A stretch of 64,000 nucleotides of DNA, taken from the NCBI GenBank assembly GCA_934772045.1, contig CAKVMH010000004.1, positions 7,491 to 71,490 of the forward strand, given 5' to 3'. This document shows, piece after piece, positions 36,814 through 46,200 of this stretch. Below the pieces are notes generated by a model that was given only the letters and a program-made list of their open reading frames with translations, was not told where the DNA came from and made no database searches. This stretch comes from an uncultured Clostridia bacterium (GTDB lineage Bacteria; Bacillota; Clostridia; Christensenellales; UBA1242). A program made the position numbers and the translations under genes. Every line of letters begins with the position of its first letter. The stretch's first letter is position 1.

Positions 36814-37053
36814 ATGGATAAAATTAATGAAGAACAAGTTACCGTACATTTAACAAGGCATGATTACCGCCTGCTAAGCCAATCAAATAGGCCAAATTAT
36901 ACACAATATGATGGTCAAAAAGTTACACGAGATAAGTGGGACGAAATTATGAATTACTTACAAAAACTTAACGATAAGTACTGGAAAAAACATAACAAAT
37001 GCCCAATTTATGTGGAAACAGGTTTGATTGGACAAGAAGGTATATCTAATTAA
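36814..37053 (+). CDS. 79-aa protein of unknown function encoded between rpoB and rpoC
   Basis: Strong SD TAAGGAG 7 nt upstream. No terminator between it and rpoC (35-nt gap). No recognisable motif. Confidence 0.7.
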   Translation: MDKINEEQVTVHLTRHDYRLLSQSNRPNYTQYDGQKVTRDKWDEIMNYLQKLNDKYWKKHNKCPIYVETGLIGQEGISN

Positions 37054-37087
37054 TTTGTCCATTTAAAAAATATTTAGGAGAAAATGA

Positions 37088-40000
37088 ATGTTTGAATTAA
37101 ACAATTTTGACTCAATAAGAGTGGCAATTGCATCACCTGAAATGATAAGGTCATGGTCACGCGGTGAAGTTACAAAGCCAGAAACAATAAACTATCGTAC
37201 ACAAAAGCCTGAAAAAGACGGGCTTTTCTGTGAACGTATTTTTGGACCTAAAAAGGACTGGGAATGCCATTGTGGTAAGTACAAACGCGTGCGTTATAAA
37301 GGTGTTGTGTGCGATAAATGTGGTGTTGAAGTTACGCGTAGCAAAGTGCGTCGTGAACGCATGGGTCACATTGAACTTGCTTGCCCAGTAAGCCACATTT
37401 GGTTCTTTAAAGGTGTGCCAAGCCGTATAGGTATTGCATTGGATATGAGCCCAAAACTTTTGGACGAAGTTTTATACTATGTAAGTTACGTTGTGCTTGA
37501 CCCTAAAAACACTGAATTTGCATACAAACAAGTTATCCGCGATAAAGAATATCGCGAAGCACTTGAAAAGTATGGTCCAAATGGTTTCCGTGCAGGCATG
37601 GGTGCTGAAGCAATTAAAGAATTATTGGCAAATATTGACCTTGAAAAAGAACGCGATGAACTTACTGGAATTATGCACACCACAAAAGGTCAACGCAAAC
37701 TTAAAGCGACAAAAAGGTTGGAAGTTATTGAGTCATTTATCAAATCCGGCAATAAGCCAAGTTGGATGATTTTGGACGTGATTCCAGTTATTCCACCAGA
37801 TTTACGTCCTTTAATTCAAATTGATGGTGGCAAATTTGCAGCAAGTGACTTGAACGACTTGTATCGCCGTGTTATTAACCGTAACAACAGGCTTAAAAAG
37901 TTGATTGAACTTGGCGCCCCTGAAATTATCGTGCGTAACGAAAAGCGTATGCTTCAAGAAGCAGTTGACGCTTTGTTTGATAATGGTAAGCGTGGCAGGG
38001 CAGTGCAAGGTAGCCGTCAAAGAGATTTAAAATCATTGACAGCAAGCCTTAAAGGCAAACATGGTCGTTTCCGTCAAAACTTGCTCGGTAAGCGTGTTGA
38101 CTATTCTGGCCGTTCAGTTATCGTTGTTGGCCCAGAACTTAAAATTTATCAATGCGGTTTGCCAAAAATGATGGCACTTGAATTGTTCCGTCCATTTATT
38201 ATTAAACGTTTGTTGGAACTTAACGCAACAAACAACCTTAAAAAAGCAACAAGAATGATTGAGCAAGAACGCCCAATTGTTTACGACATATTGCAAGAAG
38301 TTGTTGAAGGACACCCAGTTCTTTTGAACCGTGCGCCAACCCTTCACAAACTTTCCGTACAAGCCTTTGAACCTATCCTCGTTGAAGGTAAGGCAATCCG
38401 TCTTCCACCTTTGGCGTGCGGTGGCTTCAACGCCGACTTCGACGGTGACCAAATGAGTATGCATGTTCCACTTTCAGTTGAAGCACGTACAGAAGCCCGC
38501 ATGTTGTTGTTGGCTTCAAACAACGTACTTAAACCTAGTGATGGTAGCCCTAACATGGTGCCTAGCCAAGACATGATTTTAGGTAACTATTACTTAACGG
38601 CAGTGCGCGAAGGTGCATTGGGTGAAGGTATGACATTTGCAAGCACTGATGAGGCACGACTTGCATACGAAAATGGCAAACTTAGCCTTCAAGCAAAAAT
38701 CAATTTGCGCCGTACTGTTGACTTTAATGGTGAAAAAGTTACTGGCCGTATTGAAACAACCCTTGGTAAAGTTATTTTCAACAGCATCATTCCACAAGAC
38801 CTTGGTTTTGTTCCACGCGACACAAAAGAAAACGCACTTCGTTTGGAAATTGAAGACGAAGTTAAAAAAGGTAACTATGGTAAATTGATTGAAACATGTT
38901 ATCGTAAACATGGCACAAACACCACAGTTACAATGATTGACGACATTAAGAACATGGGCTATAAATACAGCACACTTTCAAGCGTTTCACTTTCAATTTT
39001 CGATATGAAAGAAGCAGAAGAACGTGAACAAATCATTGCAGATGCAGACAAAATCGTTCAAGCGAATGACGAAATGTACATGCAAGGTTTGATGAGTTAT
39101 GCTGATAAATATAACAAAAACATGGCTGTTTGGGATAAAGCAGTTAATGACGTTGTTAAAATCACTTCCAGTCATTTGGATAAATTTAACTCAATTAAAG
39201 TTATTATCACATCAAAAGCCCGTGGTGGTGAAGACAGCTTGAAACAACTTTGCGGTGTTATTGGTAACACAGCGGTTGCGTCTGGTTCTGTTAGTGATGT
39301 TCCAGTTAAATCTAACTTCCGCCGTGGCTTAAACCCACTTGAATACTTCATGGCAGCACGTGGTAGCCGTAAACAATTGATGGATACAGCGCTTAAAACT
39401 GCTGACTCTGGTTACTTGACCCGTCGTTTGGTTGATATTGCACAAGATACAACCGTAACAGAAGAAGACTGCTTTGCAAACCTTGGCGAAACAGTTAAGG
39501 GTATTGATGTAACCGAAATTAAACAAAACGGCACAGTTGTTGAAACTTTGGAAGCACGTATTGTTGGTCGTTTCACTGCAATGCCAGTTATCGACCCTAA
39601 AACAAAGAAAGAAATCATTGGTGCAGACTGCTACATTAATGATGAAATGGCAAAAACAATTGCAAATGCAGGTGTTGAAAAAGTTAACATCCGTAGCTTG
39701 CTTACATGTAAGGCTAAAAACGGCGTATGTGCAAAATGCTATGGTCGTGATATGTCAACAAACGACCTTGTTCACATCGGTGAAGCAGTTGGTGTTATCG
39801 CTGCTCAATCAATTGGTGAACCAGGTACACAGTTGGTGCTTCGTACCTTCCACAGCGGTGGTACCGCTTCTAACGATATTACCTCAGGTTTGCCTCGTGT
39901 TGAAGAAATTTTCGAAGCACGCAATCCTAAGGGTGCCGCTGTTATCAGCGAAATCGGTGGTAAAGTTAGCATCAATCAAATTGACAAACGCTTTGAAGTT

Positions 40001-40660
40001 GTTGTTAAAGGTCAAACAGAAGAAAGTTACATTCTTCCATTTGGTTCAACAATCAAAGTTAAACAAGGCGATGTAATCACCCCAGGTACAGCACTCACCG
40101 AAGGTCCATTGAACCCACGTGATGTATTGCGTACACGCGGTGTGAAAGCCGTACAAGAATACTTACTTAACGAAGTTCTTGAAGTTTATAAATCACAATC
40201 TGTTGCTATTAACGCAAAACACTTGGAAATTATTATTAAACAAATGCTTCGTAAAGTTAAAATTGAAAACGCTGGCGACACAGATTTGTTACCAGGCGAC
40301 ATTGTTGATATCCGTGTTTACGAACAAGCTAACCAAAAGGCTTTGGCAGAAGGTGGTGTTCCTGCAACTGCTAAACGTGAACTTCAAGGTATCACAAAAG
40401 CAAGTTTGACAACTGAAAGCTTCTTGTCTGCTGCATCATTCCAAGAATCAAGCAATGTGTTAACAGAAGCTGCCTTGAAGGGTAAAGTTGACCACTTGAT
40501 TGGTTTGAAAGAAAATATCATTATCGGTAAGATGATACCTGCAGGTACAGGTGCACCTGCTTATCGTAATGTCCTTCCAAAACAAGTTAAGGAAGATAAC
40601 AGCCTATTCACAAACGAAAATGTCGACATGAAATTTGACGACATTGATGAAGAAGAATAG
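37088..40660 (+). CDS. rpoC: DNA-directed RNA polymerase subunit beta'
   Basis: 1190 aa with zinc motif [20 protein letters not shown] and catalytic NADFDGDQM. Confidence 0.98.
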   Translation: MFELNNFDSIRVAIASPEMIRSWSRGEVTKPETINYRTQKPEKDGLFCERIFGPKKDWECHCGKYKRVRYKGVVCDKCGVEVTRSKVRRERMGHIELACPVSHIWFFKGVPSRIGIALDMSPKLLDEVLYYVSYVVLDPKNTEFAYKQVIRDKEYREALEKYGPNGFRAGMGAEAIKELLANIDLEKERDELTGIMHTTKGQRKLKATKRLEVIESFIKSGNKPSWMILDVIPVIPPDLRPLIQIDGGKFAASDLNDLYRRVINRNNRLKKLIELGAPEIIVRNEKRMLQEAVDALFDNGKRGRAVQGSRQRDLKSLTASLKGKHGRFRQNLLGKRVDYSGRSVIVVGPELKIYQCGLPKMMALELFRPFIIKRLLELNATNNLKKATRMIEQERPIVYDILQEVVEGHPVLLNRAPTLHKLSVQAFEPILVEGKAIRLPPLACGGFNADFDGDQMSMHVPLSVEARTEARMLLLASNNVLKPSDGSPNMVPSQDMILGNYYLTAVREGALGEGMTFASTDEARLAYENGKLSLQAKINLRRTVDFNGEKVTGRIETTLGKVIFNSIIPQDLGFVPRDTKENALRLEIEDEVKKGNYGKLIETCYRKHGTNTTVTMIDDIKNMGYKYSTLSSVSLSIFDMKEAEEREQIIADADKIVQANDEMYMQGLMSYADKYNKNMAVWDKAVNDVVKITSSHLDKFNSIKVIITSKARGGEDSLKQLCGVIGNTAVASGSVSDVPVKSNFRRGLNPLEYFMAARGSRKQLMDTALKTADSGYLTRRLVDIAQDTTVTEEDCFANLGETVKGIDVTEIKQNGTVVETLEARIVGRFTAMPVIDPKTKKEIIGADCYINDEMAKTIANAGVEKVNIRSLLTCKAKNGVCAKCYGRDMSTNDLVHIGEAVGVIAAQSIGEPGTQLVLRTFHSGGTASNDITSGLPRVEEIFEARNPKGAAVISEIGGKVSINQIDKRFEVVVKGQTEESYILPFGSTIKVKQGDVITPGTALTEGPLNPRDVLRTRGVKAVQEYLLNEVLEVYKSQSVAINAKHLEIIIKQMLRKVKIENAGDTDLLPGDIVDIRVYEQANQKALAEGGVPATAKRELQGITKASLTTESFLSAASFQESSNVLTEAALKGKVDHLIGLKENIIIGKMIPAGTGAPAYRNVLPKQVKEDNSLFTNENVDMKFDDIDEEE

Positions 40661-40794
40661 AACTTAAACAAAATTTCATGCAAAAGGTGGCTTAAAAAGG
40701 GTCACCTTTTACATCAATTTGACGACATTGATGAAGAAGAATAGAACTAAACAATATTTCATGCAAAAGGTGGCTTAAAAAGGGTCACCTTTTT
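40632..40794 (+). repeat. 84/83-bp tandem duplication: rpoC last 8 codons + stop + terminator hairpin, two copies
   Basis: 40632-40710 versus 40716-40793 are near identical (1 indel, 1 substitution). Each carries AAAAGGTGGC-TTAAAAAG-GGTCACCTTTT; the second is followed by a longer T run. Confidence 0.9.
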
Positions 40795-40803
40795 TGTTTT
40801 ACT

Positions 40804-40832
40804 TTGACTTTTATATAAGCCTTTGATATAAT
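40804..40832 (+). promoter_or_regulatory. TTGACT-17-TATAAT promoter ending 6 nt before the ATG (leaderless geometry)
   Basis: Hexamers at 40804-40809 and 40827-40832. ATG at 40839 with no SD. Confidence 0.6.
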
Positions 40833-40838
40833 ATTATT

Positions 40839-41669
40839 ATGAGTTTAAAAGTAAAAATTTCAATTAACAACTTTATTAACAAAACTTACACAAATAAAGA
40901 TGGTGTCGTTTTTCCAACGGTACCAAATAATAACAAGAAATTAGTAAGTGAATTTTTAAACAATTTTTATAAAGCGTTTGAAACCCTTTTTACAGATAAA
41001 CATGAAGCTGAACGTATTTTTATTTCTGCATTAGAAAAAGTTAAATTCGTGCGTTTAGATGATAAGGACAAAAATCTTCATCCACTTAAAGGTGTTTATG
41101 ACGAAATGCAAAAGACTTGCCAAGGACGACGCTTAGATGGCGGAATAACTTATTTAGGTGACGATTTTGTCGCGGTTGTTGATATGGACTATAATTTATT
41201 ATCAAATGAGGAAGCAATGCAAACATTAGTGCATGAATTTGTACACGCGATGACAATAAGAGAAAAGGTTCATGACGGAACAAAGAAGTTAGTTTTAGGT
41301 GTTCAAACACCAAGTGAAAAAAATGAAATTATGACAGCTTTGAACGAAGGCTTAACTGAAATTATCGCCAAACAGATTTATCAAAAAATGTATAATAAAC
41401 CTGTTAAACATGTCAACCGTTATGGTTTTTATCAAATGTGTGTTAATCAACTATTTGATTTGCTGGGCGATAGAAATGAATTAATAGAAGATTATCTTGT
41501 GGATGCAGATTTATTTAAAGAGCGTTTGAAAAAACAAGAAAATGATAAAAATGAAAACATGCTTGACTATATCAAATCTTTAAAGATTAACGATATAAAA
41601 AACAACCCTGAAATTTCTAAAAATTTACATGAATTCAAATTTAAAAAACAAGATAATTTCACAATATAA
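40839..41669 (+). CDS. Putative zincin-like metallopeptidase (HExxH), unknown family
   Basis: LVHEFVHAMT with downstream LNEGLTE (possible third ligand). Confidence 0.6.
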   Translation: MSLKVKISINNFINKTYTNKDGVVFPTVPNNNKKLVSEFLNNFYKAFETLFTDKHEAERIFISALEKVKFVRLDDKDKNLHPLKGVYDEMQKTCQGRRLDGGITYLGDDFVAVVDMDYNLLSNEEAMQTLVHEFVHAMTIREKVHDGTKKLVLGVQTPSEKNEIMTALNEGLTEIIAKQIYQKMYNKPVKHVNRYGFYQMCVNQLFDLLGDRNELIEDYLVDADLFKERLKKQENDKNENMLDYIKSLKINDIKNNPEISKNLHEFKFKKQDNFTI

Positions 41670-41832
41670 TTATTCTTAAATTATTTAAAAAAATAAAATA
41701 AAAACCCCGCTAGAATACTATATTTAGGGCAATTAAGCAATTTTTAATATTTTAAAAAATTTTATTAAAAAACTATTTACAAACTTAATATTTTGTGGTA
41801 TTATATGGTCATAAATTAAAGGAGGCGTTGCT

Positions 41833-42081
41833 ATGATAAACAAAACATATATTGAAAAGGCTAGGCAACAATTTAAAGAAGAAACTACAAAACTTGTAAA
41901 TGAGCTTACAAAAAAACATGGAAAAACTGCCACTCCCAGTTCTCCGTTAAAACCAAAATCAATTGAAACAGGTATTAAGGAATTTAGTGATTTAGTTGCT
42001 AAAAGAGCTGAATATTTAGCTAAATCTGGTGAATATTTAAACTATTTAGGTAATTCAAACGACAATACAATAACCGCTTAA
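41833..42081 (+). CDS. Small 82-aa protein, unknown function
   Basis: Strong SD AAAGGAGG. The terminator stem begins inside the last codons. Confidence 0.65.
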   Translation: MINKTYIEKARQQFKEETTKLVNELTKKHGKTATPSSPLKPKSIETGIKEFSDLVAKRAEYLAKSGEYLNYLGNSNDNTITA

Positions 42082-42097
42082 CCACAGCGGTTTTTTT
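42066..42097 (+). terminator. Rho-independent terminator
   Basis: AACCGCT-TAACCAC-AGCGGTTTTTTT. Confidence 0.8.
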
Positions 42098-42272
42098 GTT
42101 TTCTTATGGCAAATGCATGTATCTTCCACAGGTTTATCTATTGCATTAAAATTGTGTTCAAAATTGTTTTACTTAAATGAAATTATGTGTTATCATATAT
42201 TTTGATGAATAATGTCAACTGCTTTTGTTTCTATTTTTATGGCAGTTTGTTCTAACAAAGGAAAGGTATTTT

Positions 42273-42542
42273 ATGAAAGATTTAGTTTATCCAGCAGTAT
42301 TATATAAAGATGATGAAAAGGGCACCAACACAGGTTGGTACACAATTTCAATTCAAGATTTAGGCATTGTAACCGAAGGTGCAACAGTTGTGGAAGCATT
42401 CATTAAGGCAAAAGAATATTTGTGTGCGACCATGCAATGTGCAGTTAAATTTGATTGTGAAGTTGAATCACCAACCGATTTTGAAACTGTCTATAATGCC
42501 AACAAAAAGCATATCGTTTTGCTTGTAGACGCATTAATGTAA
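42273..42542 (+). CDS. HicB-like (UPF0150) antitoxin-fold protein
   Basis: Start at MKDLVYPAVLYKDDEKG. YPAV..KDD.G.Y.I...DLGIVTEGATVVEAFIKAKEYL resembles the HicB N-terminal domain. Confidence 0.6.
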   Translation: MKDLVYPAVLYKDDEKGTNTGWYTISIQDLGIVTEGATVVEAFIKAKEYLCATMQCAVKFDCEVESPTDFETVYNANKKHIVLLVDALM

Positions 42543-42557
42543 TAAAAGGATTTGCTT

Positions 42558-43085
42558 ATGACAAAAGTTAACGCACAAAACTGGGCGCAACTTGATTTTT
42601 TGATTAACAACTTTTATGAAATCGTTGAATATAAGCGCGGTCGTGGCGTGTATGGCGATAGGGTGGTGTTAAAACGCCCACTTCATGTACAAACTTTGCT
42701 TGGCGAAGTCAGCCGTTTGTACGAGTTTTACTACATGGACGCTAATGCTGTTAAAGAATTACCGCGCACAATCATGGAAAAGATAAAAGTCATATTAAAG
42801 ATTGTTAATTCGCCTGAAAACATGAACATTTTATGCAATTATACACCCACAAATGGTGTTGAACCAACCGAATGGGCTGTGACAACTGCAAACCAGCTTC
42901 AAGCCCTAAATTCAATTAATTTTGAAGTGTTGAATAATGCGCTAATTGAAAGGTACAAGTTATTAGGGAGTGAGTTTTTATCACTTTTAAAGAAACATAG
43001 GGAAAAACAATATTTTTTGGCAAGCAGTGAAGAATTTAACTTTATAACTAAAGAATACGCAACCGAGCAATTGTCAAGGATTTAA
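42558..43085 (+). CDS. 175-aa protein, unknown function, immediately downstream of the HicB-like gene
   Basis: ATG at 42558 with SD AAAGGA, 15 nt after the HicB-like stop. Confidence 0.65.
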   Translation: MTKVNAQNWAQLDFLINNFYEIVEYKRGRGVYGDRVVLKRPLHVQTLLGEVSRLYEFYYMDANAVKELPRTIMEKIKVILKIVNSPENMNILCNYTPTNGVEPTEWAVTTANQLQALNSINFEVLNNALIERYKLLGSEFLSLLKKHREKQYFLASSEEFNFITKEYATEQLSRI

Positions 43086-43110
43086 AATTGGCTCTTTTGG
43101 CCAATTTTTT
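43085..43110 (+). terminator. Rho-independent terminator
   Basis: AATTGG-CTCTTTTGG-CCAATTTTTT. Confidence 0.6.
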
Positions 43111-43238
43111 CAATTTTCGACATCATAAATATCATCAAATTCTTTATTTCGACATAACTAGTGTTTTTTCTTTGGTTAAAACTGGAAATTAATCTTAAAC
43201 TAATTCTAGTAAACTTTAAAAAACACGCCTATTTTCGT

Positions 43239-43267
43239 TTGACAAAAAAGTCCATATTTTATATAAT
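43239..43267 (+). promoter_or_regulatory. Sigma-A-type promoter TTGACA-17-TATAAT
   Basis: Hexamers at 43239-43244 and 43262-43267. Confidence 0.65.
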
Positions 43268-43297
43268 TTTTTAGATTTACTAATATAGGAGAACATA

Positions 43298-46200
43298 ATG
43301 AAATCATTTACAAAGTATTTTAAAGTAATCTTATGCTTTATGGCGTTCGCTGTGGCAAGCTTTTTGTTCGCTTTTGCACCAACATTGTCCAGCTACGCAG
43401 CACTTCAAACAAGCATTAGTGGCTACAATATGGCTATTAAAGCAGTTAAAATGCCACGCAAAGCCTATGTTGATGAAACAACAGGTGCACAAAGTTTGCG
43501 CGTGCCACTTCTTACAACAGGCAATTCTTGGCAAGACACTGCTAAATACACAATCCGTGTAATTGACCCAAGCTTCACAGCTCACGATTTTAATGTTGAT
43601 GGTGCAAATGGCTCCACAAATGAAGCTGATGCTGGTTATTTCACAAAAATTAAAGTTAATGGTACAACAGTTGTTAAATCAACAGATGAAGGCTACGACA
43701 CCGCAAGCGGTGACGAGTTTGTTTCAATCAGCGCACTCAACAATGGTAAATATGACATTATTTACATTATGCAAGAGGGCGATGGTGAAAACGCTAAACG
43801 TTATTATTCTAACACCTATTCAATTACAGTTGAAAATGTTAGCTATAGTCTTGATTTTTCAATTCAAACAGAAGGCGAGTCAAAAGGCTTGAAAGTTTTG
43901 TTGCCTGAAACAGTTGCAAAATCAAATCAAGACAGCGCAAAAATTGCTTTACCAAAAGCAAATGTTAAAAACAACAAGTCAAAAGAATGCCTTGAAAATG
44001 TAAGCGTTGCTCCAAAAGTTTTCAACGATTATGGTAGGGAACTTAGCGAAGGCGAAATCTTCAAAAAGGAAGGGGACAACTATTATTTGTGCCCAACAAC
44101 TGAAGGTAAGTATACAATTGAATACACTTACGCATATGGTAACAACCCACCTAAAAAGTCTTTCACAATTGAAGTTGTTGACGGTTTTACAAAGCCAACT
44201 TCAAGTGATTTGACAATTGCAACTCCTACAATGCCTAGTGTTGAATTAGGTCAAAAAGAAGTTAAGTTACCAGATGTTACAGTTAGCAACAAAACAACAG
44301 ACGATGTTGAGCACAATGTTGTTTCAATTGAAATTAGCAAAGGTAGCATTTCAAAGAAATTAACAAATAATACATTTACTTTTGACATGACTAGGGAATT
44401 CTTTGAACAGTCAAAATATGACAATATGTTTGGCGCGTGGTCAGTTAAGTATACAATTCAAGATGCATATGGCAATGAGAAGTCAATTACGATGCAACTT
44501 GAAAATGTTGTAGACAACACAAACCCAGACGTATTCATGGCTTATGACTATGATATTGACACTACAACAGGTTTACCAGTTAATGCTGACAAAATTGACA
44601 CAACAGTTGTAACTGAACTTAAACCTGAATATGGTTACAATGAATTGTATTTCCCAGCAATTTACGCCAAGGATAATGTAACTGCTTACAATGAGTTTAT
44701 TTTTGTGCGTTACATTCAAAGCACACGTACAGACACAATTTACTACATTGATAATGTAATTGAAAAAGATGGTGAACGCCATGTTATCACTGCTGAAACA
44801 GATGCTGAACTTGCAAGCCAAATGAATGCATCTGGCGACGCAAATATTGGTTCACAAAACAAAGCTGTTAAATTTGATTTCAATGTTGAAGGCGAAACTG
44901 AAACAGAAAAGAATGCTAAAAAATCAGAACTCTCTGGCGAATATAAATTAGGTTATATGGTTATAGCAAAAGATAAGACCAAACAAAAAAGCTACTTATA
45001 CTCAGCAAACACAACCATGTATACCTTTGAAATTTTGCCTACACCAACAAGGGATATCACAACTTCAGTTGATCACACTGTTGAAATTAACAACATTAAA
45101 GATGGCATTTCAATTGCGAGCGATGGCAAACTTTCAGTCAACATAACAGCAAATGAAAAGAAACGTGGCGATTCAACAACTTATGCTGATAAACGCCTTA
45201 AAACTGCAGTGTTCTATTACTACACAACAACATCTACAAATATTAAAGGCGACATAAAATCAATCTTTGACAGCGTTAAAACTGACAGGGCAACAAACCA
45301 TGTTTACTATGGTAGTGAACACATCATTGATAGCGAAGCATTCATAACTGCAATGAAGGCTAAATTTACAGGCTTTGAATATGCAGAATTAAAAAATAAA
45401 AACAATTATGAATTGACTCTTAAAGATTATCAATCAAGTTATGGCAAACAAGCACATGTAATTGCAATTTCTATTGACGACGATGGCAACATTGCACTTG
45501 CAGACAAGCTTTTGAACATTAAGGACATGAACGATGTTACAGCCCCAAGTTGGACTTTGCTTTCAGGTGTTGGGCATGAACATAGTTTCACTGATACAGC
45601 ATTAGAAGTTAAACAAGGCACAGTTATTGAACTTCCTGACATCGAATTCACTGATGATGATAAGACATTAAGCATGAATGTTACTTACTATGTTAACTCA
45701 CCTATTAATGAATTAACAGGTTTTGATTATAAGGCGCCTATTGGTAAAAATTACAAAAATGTAAATGGCAAATCAATTGTTTATGGTGGTCAAATTAAAA
45801 CTGACATTGTAGGTGAATATCATGTTGTATATTCAGCAACCGATGATGCTGGCAACACAACATATGTGTACTTCACATTCAAAGTTACACCAGATGCTGA
45901 CCCAATTTTGAAAGTTTCAGCGACAGGTGAAGATATTACAGTTTCAGGTGCAAGTTCAATTACCGGCGAAATCGGTATGCAAGTTAACTTTGACGCAGTT
46001 TTATGGTCAAATGATTTAACACAAAACTTAACGAACGAATCTGGCGTTGTAATTGACTATACTGTTGAAGATGGCGGTAAGAGGTGGAGCACTGGTGATG
46101 ACGCAACAAGCTTCATTTTCAGTGAACAAGGTGATTACTACATCACTTTCACAGCAAAATATGGCAGTTACAATATTGAATCACAAAAATTCACAATCAG

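Noticed and set aside
36068-40409. Same-strand alternative-frame ORFs inside rpoB and rpoC (135 aa at 36068, 92 aa at 37491, 179 aa at 39537, 76 aa at 40179)
   Set aside because: They are out of frame with conserved RNAP sequence, have no SDs and show low-complexity Leu/Lys/Gln composition. They are shadow ORFs.
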